Source: Aminithiophilus ramosus
GTDB lineage: Bacteria; Synergistota; Synergistia; Synergistales; Aminithiophilaceae
Length of the DNA stretch: 32,000 bases
Reading direction: 5' to 3'
Assembly (NCBI RefSeq): GCF_018069705.1
Contig: NZ_CP072943.1
Span: 1,011,260 to 1,043,259, forward strand
Shown: positions 9,285 through 18,966 of the stretch, piece after piece
How positions within the stretch are numbered: position 1 is the first letter of the stretch
Layout of the letters: each line of letters opens with the position of its first letter
Made by a program: the position numbers and the translations under genes
The notes under the pieces: generated by a model
Told to the model about the DNA's origin: nothing
Seen by the model: the letters and a program-made list of their open reading frames with translations, nothing else
Database searches by the model: none

Positions 9285-10136
9285 TTACAGGGATTGGATG
9301 AGACGGTCGAGCTTCCCGAGATCGACGGAGCGAGCGTAGAGAGGGCGGTCGTCGCCGTCATAGGGAGGGAGGGAGGTCTCGAAAGAGGGGCGCTCTCGGC
9401 GGAAGAGGACGCCCAGGGCGAACCGATCGGGTTCGAGGGCCCTCTCCAGGGCCTTCATGCGATCGGCCTCGTCGTGATCCCCGTCGAGATAGTAGACGCG
9501 CTCCTTGAACCAGGCGTAGGTGTTGACTTTGTTGAAGGAGACGCAGGGCTGGAGGATGTCGACGAGGGCGTAGCCCTTGAAGGAGAGGGCCTCCTTCATG
9601 ATCTCCTTCGTCCTGTCGATGTCTCCGGCGAAGGCCCGGGCCACGAAGGACGCCCCCTGGACAAGGGCCAGAGCGACGGGATTGACGGGCGTCGAGAAGA
9701 CGCCCTCGACCTGGACGGGCGTCTTGAAGCCCACCTGGCTCGTCGGCGAGGCCTGTCCCTTCGTGAGGCCGTAGACCATGTTGTTATGGACGAAGTTGGT
9801 GATATCGGGGTTGCGGCGGATCGTGTGGAGAAAGTGATTGCCTCCCTCGCCGTACATGTCGCCGTCTCCGCCGATGGCGATGACCTTCAGCGAGGGATTG
9901 GCGGCCTTGATGGCCGTGGCGTTGGAGAGGGCCCGGCCGTGGAGGCCGTTGAAGAAGTGTCCCTTGATGTAGTGAGGCAGTTTGGCCGCCTGGCCGATGC
10001 CGGAGACGAAGACGACCCTGTCGGGCGTCAGCTCCAGTTCGGCCAGAGCCCTCTTGAGCGATTCCAGGATGGGGAAATCGCCGCAGCCGGGACACCAGGA
10101 GATCTCGATATTTTCCAGATCGAAAACGTTGGCCAT
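9285..10136 (-). CDS. 2-oxoacid:ferredoxin oxidoreductase beta subunit (TPP-binding)
   Basis: 283 aa with WCPGCGDF and the [13 protein letters not shown] thiamine-diphosphate motif. GGGGAGG RBS. Confidence 0.9.
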   Translation of the reverse strand: MANVFDLENIEISWCPGCGDFPILESLKRALAELELTPDRVVFVSGIGQAAKLPHYIKGHFFNGLHGRALSNATAIKAANPSLKVIAIGGDGDMYGEGGNHFLHTIRRNPDITNFVHNNMVYGLTKGQASPTSQVGFKTPVQVEGVFSTPVNPVALALVQGASFVARAFAGDIDRTKEIMKEALSFKGYALVDILQPCVSFNKVNTYAWFKERVYYLDGDHDEADRMKALERALEPDRFALGVLFRRERPSFETSLPPYDGDDRPLYARSVDLGKLDRLIQSL

Positions 10137-10150
10137 CGTCGTGCCTCCCC

Positions 10151-11875
10151 TCAGCTCAAAAGGCCCTTGAGCCCGTCACGGACCTGCTCGACGGAGAACT
10201 GGAGCCCCGAGTAGTTGAGCAGGTGATCCCTCACCTCGATGCCCGTCGTCTGACGGATCAGTCTGGCCAGCTGCGCGGTGGCGTTCCCCTCGACGGAGAC
10301 GAGACGTCGGGCCCGACTCAGGAGGCCGGCCGTCGAAGGGTGGAGGGGCCAGACCTGGCCGAAGTGAGCCATGGCCAGACCGGGACGCCCCAGCTCGGCC
10401 AGGGCCTCTTCGACGATGAGCCGCGTCGATCCCCAGCAGAGGATGAGCGTGTCGTAGTCTTCGGGACCGACAAGCGTGGGCGCCACTGTCTCGGCCAGAA
10501 GGGCCTGAAACTTGCGCAGGCGCTTGTCGTTCATGCGCCGGCGAAGGTGGAAATCCTCGTAGACGTGGCCCACCTCATCGTGCTCGTGGCTGTCGGCACC
10601 GACGAGGCCGGGGCCGAAGCCGGGAACGGCCCGGGGCGAGATTCCGTCGGGGCTCTCCTCGTAGCGGCGATAACCGGTCCCGGCCGGAACGAGGTGTTTA
10701 TCGGGCAGACTCTCTCCGACATCGAAGGGAGGAAGGTCGTAGAAGGAATTGACAAAGTACTGGTCGGTGAGGACGATGGCCGGAGACTGGAGACGGGCGG
10801 CCAGGTCGAAGGCCCGCCGCGTCAGGGAAAAGGCCTCCTCGATCGTGCCCGGGGCGAAAAGCATGCGGGGAAACTCGCCATGGCCGCCATAGAGGGCCAG
10901 CTCGAGATCGGCCTGTTCCGTCCTCGTCGCCATGCCCGTCGCCGGACCGGGACGCTGGGCCAGGTGGATCACGATGGGAGCCTCCATGACTCCGGCCAGG
11001 CTGAGTCCCTCCGTCATGAGGGCAAAGCCGCCCCCCGAGGTGGTCACCAGAGGTCTCGCCCCGGCGTAGGCGCCGCCGACGGCCCAATTGACGGCGGCGA
11101 TCTCGTCCTCGACCTGTTCGACGACGAGACCGAAGTCGCGGGCCCTCTGGGCCATGAAGGAGAGGACACCTGCCGCCGGCGACATGGGATAGGCCGTGAC
11201 CATGTCGCAACCACCGGCCAGGGCCCCGATGCAGACGGCGTCGTTGCCGTTGACGGCGACGCGTTTCGCGCCTTTCCGGGGCTTGACGTCGATGGAGAAG
11301 CGCCCCTCTTTTCGGAGACCGGCGGCGAGGGCCAGCCCTCGGCTCAGGGCCTGACGGTTCTGTTCGACGACGGCGTCGCCCTTGGAACTGAAACGCCTGA
11401 CGAAGTAGTCCTCGACGGGCTCCGTCGAGACATCGAAAAGGCCAGCCAGAAGACCGGCGGCGACGACGCTGGCATAGACTTTCCCTCCGGCCTGGCGAGC
11501 CTCCGCCAGGAGGGGAGCGCTGACGAACTGCTCCTCGTAGCCGCCGAACTCCGAACCCAGCTCCGTTCCGTCACCGATGATGATCGTTTCTCCGTCGATG
11601 CGCTCTCGGATATTGGTCCTGACGGCACCGTCGAGGGGAATCAGAAGGTCGATTCGGTCGACGAGGGCCCGCACGGGCCTGGAGGAGACGCGGATTTCCG
11701 TCGAGTTGCTGCCGCCTCGGACGCGGGACATGTACTCCCGACTGCCGAAGACATGATACCCTTCACCACGAAGGACATGGACGAGCAGATCCTCCACCGT
11801 CTGAATGCCCTGCCCTGCGGCGCCACAGACGACAACGGAGACATCGCCGCCGTCGTTCCTTGGGAATCGGGTCAT
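10151..11875 (-). CDS. 2-oxoacid:ferredoxin oxidoreductase alpha subunit with a fused N-terminal gamma-like domain
   Basis: N-terminal [13 protein letters not shown] gamma-type domain followed by the alpha core. ATG 11875 lies 6-7 nt after GAGGAGG (the track ORF begins at TTG 11881). Confidence 0.88.
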   Translation of the reverse strand: MTRFPRNDGGDVSVVVCGAAGQGIQTVEDLLVHVLRGEGYHVFGSREYMSRVRGGSNSTEIRVSSRPVRALVDRIDLLIPLDGAVRTNIRERIDGETIIIGDGTELGSEFGGYEEQFVSAPLLAEARQAGGKVYASVVAAGLLAGLFDVSTEPVEDYFVRRFSSKGDAVVEQNRQALSRGLALAAGLRKEGRFSIDVKPRKGAKRVAVNGNDAVCIGALAGGCDMVTAYPMSPAAGVLSFMAQRARDFGLVVEQVEDEIAAVNWAVGGAYAGARPLVTTSGGGFALMTEGLSLAGVMEAPIVIHLAQRPGPATGMATRTEQADLELALYGGHGEFPRMLFAPGTIEEAFSLTRRAFDLAARLQSPAIVLTDQYFVNSFYDLPPFDVGESLPDKHLVPAGTGYRRYEESPDGISPRAVPGFGPGLVGADSHEHDEVGHVYEDFHLRRRMNDKRLRKFQALLAETVAPTLVGPEDYDTLILCWGSTRLIVEEALAELGRPGLAMAHFGQVWPLHPSTAGLLSRARRLVSVEGNATAQLARLIRQTTGIEVRDHLLNYSGLQFSVEQVRDGLKGLLS

Positions 11876-11925
11876 GGTCAACCTCCTCGATGAAAAAAGT
11901 TAAGATCCCTTCCCCCACGGCAGAA

Positions 11926-11934
11926 TCATAGCAC
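11926..11934 (-). promoter_or_regulatory. candidate extended -10 promoter (TGcTATGAT) of the oxidoreductase operon
   Basis: The minus strand reads TCTGTGCTATGAT about 50 nt upstream of the alpha-subunit start. It is 12/13 identical to the -10 region upstream of tRNA-fMet (28208-28220). Confidence 0.4.
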
Positions 11935-11942
11935 AGAGCGGC

Positions 11943-11964
11943 TGGAGCCGACAGGGCTCGAACC
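11943..11964 (-). other. orphan tRNA 3'-end fragment (T-loop, 3' T-stem and acceptor strand)
   Basis: The minus strand reads GGTTCGAGCCCTGTCGGCTCCA, which is TTCGAGC T-loop, CCTGT stem, CGGCTCC acceptor and a discriminator A. The upstream sequence cannot form the other T-stem half, and there is no anticodon or D arm. Confidence 0.5.
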
Positions 11965-12083
11965 GCAAAAACAAAAATCATACCAGTTTGCGGAGTCCAA
12001 AAAGAAAGCTACAATGGGCAAAGGACGCCCCCCTCGCCGAAAGAGGGACCGGTCCTTCAGGGACACAAAAAAGGAGAGAGACT

Positions 12084-12893
12084 ATGGACTTCATCGCCCA
12101 GCTCCACCCGACCCTACAGGCCCTTCTGGGCACCCTCTTCACCTGGGCCATGACGGCACTGGGAGCGGCAACGGTCTTTCTGCGCCGCGACCCGAGCCAG
12201 AAGCTCCTCGACGTCATGCTGGGCTTCGCCGCCGGCGTCATGATCGCCGCCAGCTACTGGTCCCTTCTGGCTCCGGCCATTGAAATGTCGGAGGAGATGG
12301 GCTTCATACCCTGGCTCCCCTCCGCCCTGGGCTTTCTCGCCGGAGGGGCCGCTCTGAGGCTCCTCGATCTCGTCGTCCCCCATCTTCACATCGGCCTGCC
12401 CCGCTCGGAGGCCGAAGGCATCCCCACGGACTGGCGGCGTTCGACGCTTCTCGTTTTGGCCATCACCCTCCACAACATCCCGGAAGGCATGGCCGTCGGC
12501 GTCGCCTTCGGCGCCGTCGCCTCAGGCATTCCATCGGCCTCTCTGGCCGGGGCGGTGGCCCTGGCCCTGGGCATCGGCATCCAGAACTTCCCCGAGGGAA
12601 TGGCCGTCTCCATGCCTCTCCGCCGCGACGGACTCAGGGCGGGCAGGAGCTTCTGGTACGGCCAGCTGTCGGGTATCGTCGAACCCCTCGCCGCCGTCAT
12701 CGGCGCCGCCCTGGTCACCCTCTCCCGTCCCATCCTCCCCTTTGCCCTGGCCTTCGCCGCCGGGGCCATGATCTACGTCGTCGTCGAGGAGGTCATCCCC
12801 GAGTCGCAGCAGAAGGGGAACAGCGATCTGGCCACCCTGGGCGTCATGGTGGGCTTCACGATGATGATGATCCTCGACGTCGCCCTGGGCTAG
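12084..12893 (+). CDS. ZIP family metal (zinc) transporter
   Basis: ATG 12084 follows AAGGAGAG. It is a multi-pass membrane protein with [10 protein letters not shown] and QNFPEGMAV motifs typical of ZupT/GufA-type ZIP transporters. Confidence 0.85.
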   Translation: MDFIAQLHPTLQALLGTLFTWAMTALGAATVFLRRDPSQKLLDVMLGFAAGVMIAASYWSLLAPAIEMSEEMGFIPWLPSALGFLAGGAALRLLDLVVPHLHIGLPRSEAEGIPTDWRRSTLLVLAITLHNIPEGMAVGVAFGAVASGIPSASLAGAVALALGIGIQNFPEGMAVSMPLRRDGLRAGRSFWYGQLSGIVEPLAAVIGAALVTLSRPILPFALAFAAGAMIYVVVEEVIPESQQKGNSDLATLGVMVGFTMMMILDVALG

Positions 12894-12947
12894 CTCCTCT
12901 TCCGGTTTCGCCTGAGGGACCAGGAGAGGTTCCTTTCGGCCCGAAAG

Positions 12948-12985
12948 AAAAAAGGGGAGCCGGGACGCCCCGGACTCCCCTTTTT
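12948..12985. terminator. bidirectional intrinsic terminator
   Basis: A6, GGGGAGCCGGG, a 4-nt loop, CCCGGaCTCCCC, then T5 (11 bp with one bulge), between the convergent ZIP and HMA genes. Confidence 0.75.
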
Positions 12986-13000
12986 CATGGTCTCCCTTCG

Positions 13001-13210
13001 TCAGATCGGCCCTTCCTTGACGGAGGCGGGATAACCGGCATCGTCGAGGGCGCCGAGAAGGGCGTCGAGGGCCTCCGTCTCGACGTCGACGGTCTTGTCG
13101 TCCAGAAGGACCTTGAACGTCGGCAGTCCCTCTTTCTCCAGCGTTTTCGTGATTCGGGCCACGCAGTGATGGCAGGCCATGTCGGGAACGCTCAGAACGT
13201 AGCGGCTCAA
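13001..13210 (-). CDS. copZ: heavy-metal-associated (HMA) domain metallochaperone
   Basis: 69 aa with the MACHHC metal-binding motif in a ferredoxin-like HMA layout. TTG start (or GTG two codons upstream) after AAAGGAG. Confidence 0.75.
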   Translation of the reverse strand: MSRYVLSVPDMACHHCVARITKTLEKEGLPTFKVLLDDKTVDVETEALDALLGALDDAGYPASVKEGPI

Positions 13211-13360
13211 AGGTCACAACACTCCTTTCGCATCTACCTGGAAATCGCCTTTTTCCCCATTATCGCACAGGCAGGGAGAGAAAGAGTGAAAGGCATTCGG
13301 AATGCCGCCGGCGGACAGGCAGAGGAAAGGTCCCTAACGTGGCGAGATCCCCACGGCGAG

Positions 13361-14242
13361 TCAGCAGCCGGATGGCTCGAAGCGATAGCGCCGGGCCCTT
13401 TCGGCGTAGAGGTCAGATCTGACGATGGGGGCGAAGTCGTCGAAGGAGGGGGACGGAACCGTTCCCGTCCGCCCCGTGGCCACGATGGCATCGAGGGCCT
13501 CCTTCATCCCCCGGACGGCGCCGTAGAGGGCGCTGAGGGCGAAGACGACATACTTGAAACCCATCTCCTGGGCCTCACTCAGCGAGAGGAGAGGGGTCTT
13601 GCCTCCCTCGATGAGGTTCAGCATGAGAGGCGCCCGGATCGCGTCGACGACGCGCTCCATCTCCTCCCTCGTTCTCAGGGCCTCGACGAAGATGACGTCG
13701 GCCCCGACGTCGAGGGCGTCGCGGGCCCGGTCGAGGGCGCTGTCCAGCCCCTCGACGGCCAGGGCGTCGGTGCGGAAGATGATGACGAAGTCACGATCCT
13801 CTCCGTCGCGGGCGTCGACGGCAGCCCGAAGCTTGCTCCGCATCTCCTCCCGGCTGACGACACGTTTGCCCTCCATGTGGCCGCAGCGTTTGGGCCACTG
13901 CTGATCCTCGATGAAGGTCCCCGAAGCCCCCGTCCAGACATATTCCTGGACGGTACGGTAGACGTTGAGGGCATTGCCGTAGCCCGTGTCGGCGTCGCCC
14001 AGGACGGGAATGGAGACGGAACGGGCGATGTTTTTGACCTGGCGGCACATCTCGCTGAAATCGACGAGGCCGATGTCGGGAGCGCCGAGAAGGGCCGCCG
14101 CCGTTCCGTAACCGGAGTGGTGAACGGCATCGAATCCGGCCAGCTCGGCCATGCGGGCGCTGAGGGCATCGTAGACTCCGGCCGAGAGGATCGCCCCGGG
14201 ACGGGCAAGCTGACGCCGGAAGAGGGTGCTTTTTCGTTCCAT
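13361..14242 (-). CDS. isocitrate lyase/PEP mutase superfamily enzyme, lyase branch (2-methylisocitrate-lyase-like)
   Basis: 293 aa with GDADTGYG and the flexible-loop signature PKRCGH, typical of ICL, methylisocitrate lyase and dimethylmalate lyase type enzymes. It starts 21 nt after the dctM stop. Confidence 0.85.
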   Translation of the reverse strand: MERKSTLFRRQLARPGAILSAGVYDALSARMAELAGFDAVHHSGYGTAAALLGAPDIGLVDFSEMCRQVKNIARSVSIPVLGDADTGYGNALNVYRTVQEYVWTGASGTFIEDQQWPKRCGHMEGKRVVSREEMRSKLRAAVDARDGEDRDFVIIFRTDALAVEGLDSALDRARDALDVGADVIFVEALRTREEMERVVDAIRAPLMLNLIEGGKTPLLSLSEAQEMGFKYVVFALSALYGAVRGMKEALDAIVATGRTGTVPSPSFDDFAPIVRSDLYAERARRYRFEPSGC

Positions 14243-14263
14243 GGCTTGAGGGCCTCCTTTTTC

Positions 14264-15547
14264 CTATCCTTTCATGGCAGCGGGCAGCCAGAGGCTGAGC
14301 TGGGGAAAGGCGACGACGATGACGAGCATGACGACCATGATGAGGAGGAAGGGAAGGACGCCGTTGATGATGTCGGCCATCCGGGCCTCTTTGCTGATGC
14401 CGCTGATGACGTAGAGGTTGACGCCGACGGGAGGCGTGATGAGGGCCATCTCCATGTTGACGGTGACGATGACGGCGTACCAGATGGGGTCGATGCCCAG
14501 CAGCCCCAGCAGAGGAGCGACGAGGGGCATGGTGAGAAGGATGATGGAGACCGTCTCGAGGACACAGCCCAGGAGGAGCATGACGACGTTCATGGCCAGG
14601 ATGAAGGCCAGGGGAGAGAGGTTGGCGGCGACGACGGAGTGGGTCAGGGCCTGGGGAATTTCGAGGAGCGTCATCACCTTGCCGAAGAGAAGGGCTCCGG
14701 CCATGATCATGGCGATCATGCAGGAGGTGCCCACGGAGCGAAGGCAGACTCCGGGAATATCCCTCAGACGGAGAGTCCTGTAGACGATGAGAGTCACGGC
14801 GAGGCTGTAGACGAGCCCCACGGCGGCGGCCTCGGTGGGCGTGAAGGCCCCCGTGTAGATGCCGCCCAGGATCAGCAGAGGAAGGACGATGCCCCAGATA
14901 TTCTGGCGGGTCACGCGCCACCGTTCCTCCCAGGAGGCCCTCTCCATGGGGCGGAAGCCGCCGCGCCTGCTTTTCCAGACGGCATAGGCCATGAAAAGCC
15001 CCGTCAGAACCAGTCCGGGGACGACGCCGGCCATGAAGAGGCGCCCCACCGACTCCTCCGTGACGGCCCCGTAAAGGATCATGGGAATGCTGGGCGGGAT
15101 GAGGATGCCCAAGGTCCCCCCTGCGGCGATGAGGCCGTAGACGAATCGGCGCTCGTAGCCCCTTTCCAGCAGGGCCGGGAGGGCCACGAGGCCCACCGTC
15201 GCCGCCGTCGCCGCGCTCGATCCTGTGATGGCGGCGAAGAAGGCGCAGCTGAGGATGGTGGCGATGGCCAGCCCTCCCGGGAGATGGCGGACCCAGACGT
15301 TCATGGCCTCGAAAAGACCGTCGCCGACCTTTCCCTCGAGAAGGATCTGGCTCATGAGAATGAAAAGCGGCACGGCGAGGAGGACGAAACTGTCCAGAGA
15401 CGAAAAAAGGGTATGGCCGATGATGCCCGCCGGCAGGTCCTGGAGCCAGATAAGCAGGGCCGACGTGGAACCGAGGGAGAAAGCCACGGGCAGGCCGGCG
15501 AAGAGAATGGTCAGAAGCAGGGCTCCCACGGCGACGAGACTCAGCAT
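14264..15547 (-). CDS. dctM: TRAP transporter large permease
   Basis: 427 aa from ATG 15547 (GAAGGAGGGA RBS); the track ORF is over-extended to 16183. It is a polytopic membrane protein of the DctM pattern, and its start overlaps the dctQ stop (ATGCTGA). Confidence 0.9.
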   Translation of the reverse strand: MLSLVAVGALLLTILFAGLPVAFSLGSTSALLIWLQDLPAGIIGHTLFSSLDSFVLLAVPLFILMSQILLEGKVGDGLFEAMNVWVRHLPGGLAIATILSCAFFAAITGSSAATAATVGLVALPALLERGYERRFVYGLIAAGGTLGILIPPSIPMILYGAVTEESVGRLFMAGVVPGLVLTGLFMAYAVWKSRRGGFRPMERASWEERWRVTRQNIWGIVLPLLILGGIYTGAFTPTEAAAVGLVYSLAVTLIVYRTLRLRDIPGVCLRSVGTSCMIAMIMAGALLFGKVMTLLEIPQALTHSVVAANLSPLAFILAMNVVMLLLGCVLETVSIILLTMPLVAPLLGLLGIDPIWYAVIVTVNMEMALITPPVGVNLYVISGISKEARMADIINGVLPFLLIMVVMLVIVVAFPQLSLWLPAAMKG

Positions 15548-16050
15548 GAGGCTCCCTCCTTCTTCATGCTTTCGACGAAGTGCGCCGTCGTCATGAGGGC
15601 GAACTGAACCGTCAGAAGGGCAAAACCCAGCAGAAGAGCCGACAGGGGAATGACGAGGGGAACGCCGAGAGGCGTCGGCGAATGTTTCTTGAAAAGAAGG
15701 GCCTTGGCGACCATGTCCCAGGCCTGGAGGACCACGACGGAACAGAAAAGAGTCCCGCCCAGGGAGGTCACAGCGGCCACGAAGGCCCGAAGGCGCCGAG
15801 GAAGACGGGTCACGACGAGATCGATGTGGACGTGACGCCCCTCCTGAAGGGCATAGGCCGATCCGGCCAACATGATCCAGATGAACAGGTAGGTGGCCGT
15901 CTCTCCCGCCCAGAGCGTCGGGGCGTTGAAGACATAGCGGGCGATGACCTCCCAGAAGAGGATGAATCCCATGAGAAGAATGCCCAGGCCGCTTGCGTAA
16001 CCGAAGAAGCGATTCACTCCCTCGACCGTTTTTCTGATCGTCTTTATCAT
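15541..16050 (-). CDS. dctQ: TRAP transporter small permease
   Basis: 169 aa with four hydrophobic segments, in the DctQ position between dctP and dctM. Confidence 0.85.
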   Translation of the reverse strand: MIKTIRKTVEGVNRFFGYASGLGILLMGFILFWEVIARYVFNAPTLWAGETATYLFIWIMLAGSAYALQEGRHVHIDLVVTRLPRRLRAFVAAVTSLGGTLFCSVVVLQAWDMVAKALLFKKHSPTPLGVPLVIPLSALLLGFALLTVQFALMTTAHFVESMKKEGASC

Positions 16051-16236
16051 TGTCTACCTCCATCAAAGCCCGTCCGGATCCGCCGAAAGAGAACCCCGGA
16101 AAACTTCTTCCGGCTTCACCCTCCGCGACCGGCCGGGGCCTTTTTCGGAGCTGCCCCGGAAAGAAGGGCCTCACCTGTCTCAAGAGAGCGTTCTTTGAGA
16201 TCGGGCCCTTTCGGGGCGGCGGCGTATCTCCATAAA

Positions 16237-16275
16237 GGCGTCCGCCCCGTCTCGACAGAGCCTGGGGCGGACGCC
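16237..16275 (-). promoter_or_regulatory. intercistronic stem-loop after dctP (12-bp perfect stem, 15-nt loop)
   Basis: GGCGTCCGCCCC (16237-16248) pairs with GGGGCGGACGCC (16264-16275). On the minus strand it is followed by TTTATGG. It lies in the 246-nt dctP-dctQ gap. Confidence 0.55.
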
Positions 16276-16296
16276 GCGTCTGAAAGGTACCGGCCC

Positions 16297-17304
16297 TTAC
16301 TGGGCCAGGGCGGCCAGTTCCATCAGCCGCCGGCCCAGCTCTCCGCTTTCAGCGATGAAGCCGTCGCGGACCGAAGATGTGGCCTCGACGAAGGCCTGGC
16401 GCTGAGCGGCGTCGAGCTCGACGATTTCCACGCCCTTTTCCTTGAGGGCCGTCAGGGCCTCCGCCTCGGAACGGGCCATCTCGGCCCTGATCCAGGAGGC
16501 CGCATCCTTGCCGGCACGCTCGAGGACATCGCGCGTCGAGTCGGAAAGCCCCTCCCACCACTTGAGGTTGGACTGAAGGGCGAACTGGGCCGCCGAGTAG
16601 TTGCAGACGGTCATATACTTCTGAACCTCGTAGAGCTTGCGCGAGTAGGCGGCGGGAGCGCCCGTCGTCGAGCCGTCGACGGTGCCCCTCTGAAGGGCCA
16701 TGTACATCTCCGTCGAGCTCAAAGCCGACGGCGTGCCTCCAAGAGCCAGCACGGCATCGGCCGTTCCCGTGCTGAAGGTGCGGATCTTGAGGCCCTTGAA
16801 ATCGGCAGGGGCAAGGAGGGGGCGCTTGCTGTTGAGGAACTGGACGAAACCGTAATCCATCCAGAAGACGACCTTGCACCCCTTTTCGTTGAAGGCGCCG
16901 TCAAGCAGGGTTCCCGCCTCGGAATCGAGGAAGCGCTCGATGGAGGCCAGGTCGGCGAAGACGAAGGGAACGCCGAAGATGTCGGCGGCGGGAATCATGC
17001 CCGACCACTGGTTGACGGGGACGAGGCCCATCTCGACCAAGCCCTGCTGAAGGGCCTCGACGATCTCCGTGTCCTTGAAGAGCTGGGCCGAATGGAAGAG
17101 TTTGATCTCCACGTCACCGCCGGAGTACTCCTTCACCTTGGCGGCGAAGACCTCGGCCGCCTCGGAGAGGAAGTGGGAGGGGGGAAGCTGATTGGAAAGG
17201 CGGAAGGACTCGGCCGCCGAGGCGGCGAAAACCGCCGACAGGACCAGGGTCACCGCAAGAAGAAGGACGGAAAGGGCTCTTTTTTCTCTTTTCACGAAAA
17301 TCAT
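16297..17304 (-). CDS. dctP: TRAP transporter substrate-binding protein
   Basis: Signal peptide (RALSVLLLAVTLVLSAVFAASAAES) followed by the DctP-family pattern. Start is ATG 17304 or GTG 17295. The track ORF is over-extended to 17727. Confidence 0.88.
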   Translation of the reverse strand: MIFVKREKRALSVLLLAVTLVLSAVFAASAAESFRLSNQLPPSHFLSEAAEVFAAKVKEYSGGDVEIKLFHSAQLFKDTEIVEALQQGLVEMGLVPVNQWSGMIPAADIFGVPFVFADLASIERFLDSEAGTLLDGAFNEKGCKVVFWMDYGFVQFLNSKRPLLAPADFKGLKIRTFSTGTADAVLALGGTPSALSSTEMYMALQRGTVDGSTTGAPAAYSRKLYEVQKYMTVCNYSAAQFALQSNLKWWEGLSDSTRDVLERAGKDAASWIRAEMARSEAEALTALKEKGVEIVELDAAQRQAFVEATSSVRDGFIAESGELGRRLMELAALAQ

Positions 17305-17332
17305 CTCCTCGAAAAAATAAAAAGCAAAAAGC

Positions 17333-18451
17333 TTATAGATGAGAGGCGACGGCGTCGCCGACGGCCGATGTCGTGCCCCGTCCGCCCATCTCCTCGGGGA
17401 GCTCGTCGGGACGTGCTCCGGCCAAAAAGGCTCCCACGGCCGCCTCGACGGAGCGGGCCGCCTCCTTCTCGCCGAGACAATCCAGCATGAGAGCCGCCGA
17501 AAGGATGGCCGCCAGGGGATTGGCCCGATTCTGGCGGGCGATGTCGGGGGCCGATCCGTGGACGGGCTCGAACATGCCCAGTCCGGCCCCGATGTTGGCT
17601 CCGGCGGCGACGCCCAGGCCGCCGCTGAGGGCCGCCAAAAGATCGCTGACGATGTCGCCGAACATGTTGGGACAGAGGACGACGTTCCACTTCCAGGGCG
17701 TGCGCACCAGATGGTAGCAGAGGGCATCGACGTTGATCGTCTCGAAGGTCAGGCCTCGTTTCTCCGTCTCGTCGCGGGCCATCTCCTCCCAGAAGCCGTA
17801 GAGCTGAGGCATGGCGTTGGCCTTCGTCGCCAAGGTAAGGCGCTTTTCGCCCCGGCCCAGGGCGCGTTCGCAGGCATCGGCCGTGATGCGCCGCACGGCC
17901 CCCTCCGTGGCGAGGCCGACCTGGAAGGCCGACCTCTGCGGCGTGGAAAAACGGACCCGCATCTCGCCCTCCATCGTGTAGAGGCCCCGCTCGAGGCCGA
18001 GGTCGACGGGCGATCCGCCGTCGCCGCCAAGGCCCACGTAGAAGTCCTCCGTGTTCTCGCGGACGACGAGAAGGTCCATCTCCCTGCCCTCCGGCAGGGG
18101 GACGGGAAGGGGGACGCGGGGGAAGGCCTTGGCCGGCCGGAGGTTGACGAACATGTCGAAGAAGAACCGGAGCTTCAGGAGAATGCCCCGCTCCAGGATG
18201 CCCGCCTTGACGCGGGGATCGCCGATGGCCCCGAGAAGAAGGGCCTGGCAGGACTGGAGTTCGTCCAGAACCGATTCGGGCAGAATCTCACCCGTCTTCA
18301 GGTAATGCTCGGCACCGAAGGGATAGTCGACCCAGGAGAGGCCGAATCCCTTGGCCGAGGCGACGGCCTCGACGACCTTGCGGGCCTCGGCGACGACTTC
18401 GGGACCGATGCCGTCGCCGGCCATCTGGGCGATGCGGTAGGAGCGGCTCAT
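17333..18451 (-). CDS. beta-decarboxylating dehydrogenase of the isocitrate/isopropylmalate family, tartrate/D-malate-dehydrogenase-like
   Basis: 372 aa with GDGIGPEV. The segment YPFGAEHYLKTGEILP...LLLGAIGDP...LKLRFFFDMFVNLRP resembles TtuC/DmlA-type enzymes more than LeuB (judged from memory of family sequences). It overlaps the leuD-like stop by 4 nt. Confidence 0.75.
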   Translation of the reverse strand: MSRSYRIAQMAGDGIGPEVVAEARKVVEAVASAKGFGLSWVDYPFGAEHYLKTGEILPESVLDELQSCQALLLGAIGDPRVKAGILERGILLKLRFFFDMFVNLRPAKAFPRVPLPVPLPEGREMDLLVVRENTEDFYVGLGGDGGSPVDLGLERGLYTMEGEMRVRFSTPQRSAFQVGLATEGAVRRITADACERALGRGEKRLTLATKANAMPQLYGFWEEMARDETEKRGLTFETINVDALCYHLVRTPWKWNVVLCPNMFGDIVSDLLAALSGGLGVAAGANIGAGLGMFEPVHGSAPDIARQNRANPLAAILSAALMLDCLGEKEAARSVEAAVGAFLAGARPDELPEEMGGRGTTSAVGDAVASHL

Positions 18452-18966
18452 CGTCTGGCCTCCTCTTTCTTCTTCTCCTCCAGACGGCGGCGGACGAAGG
18501 GGGCGAGACCTCCCGCCTCGACCAGCTCCTGGAGAGAGGGGGGAAAGGGCGCCACGGAGAAGGTGACGGCCTTCGTTCTGTTCTGCACCGTCCCCGCCCG
18601 GGCGTCGACGACGACGACATCTCCTTCCTCGATGGAGGCCGCCGCCTCGGGCGAGACGACGATGGGCAGCCCCACGTTGAGGGCGTTGCGGAAGAAGATG
18701 CGGGCGAAGGAGGAGGCGATGACGCAGGAGATCCCCGCCCCCTTGATGGCCAGGGGGGCATGTTCGCGGCTGGAGCCGCAGCCGAAATTCTCGCCTCCGA
18801 CGATGACGTCGCCTGAGGCGATCTTGTTGACGAAGTCGGCGTCGGCATCTTCCATGCAGTGCTTGCCCAACTCGACGGCGTTGTCGGTGACGAGATAGCG
18901 GGCGGGGATGATCACGTCCGTGTCGATGTCATCGCCGAAGCGCCAGGCCCGGCCCTCAATGTTCAT
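18448..18966 (-). CDS. aconitase-superfamily hydro-lyase small subunit (LeuD-like)
   Basis: 172 aa with the GENFGCGSSREHA motif. It overlaps the large-subunit gene by 11 nt. Confidence 0.88.
   Translation of the reverse strand: MNIEGRAWRFGDDIDTDVIIPARYLVTDNAVELGKHCMEDADADFVNKIASGDVIVGGENFGCGSSREHAPLAIKGAGISCVIASSFARIFFRNALNVGLPIVVSPEAAASIEEGDVVVVDARAGTVQNRTKAVTFSVAPFPPSLQELVEAGGLAPFVRRRLEEKKKEEARR

Noticed and set aside
11943-12000. A complete tRNA gene at the tRNA-like fragment
   Set aside because: Only the last 22 nt fit a tRNA. The sequence 5' of the T-loop cannot pair with the CCTGT stem half, and no anticodon or D arm can be drawn.
13211-13360. Metal-responsive operator or promoter upstream of copZ (palindrome GGCATTC-G-GAATGCC at 13291-13305; TGcGATAAT at 13259-13267 on the minus strand)
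   Set aside because: The elements are visible, but there is no recognisable CsoR/CopY/MerR-type box and no usable -35. This is too weak to list as a feature.
10223-18898. Long plus-strand ORFs 10223-11893, 13166-15607, 15580-17490 and 17339-18898
   Set aside because: All lie antisense to well-supported minus-strand genes (oxidoreductase alpha subunit, ICL-family lyase, dctMQP, dehydrogenase, LeuD-like). Their composition is dominated by G, R, D, E and A, and none has an RBS or motif.
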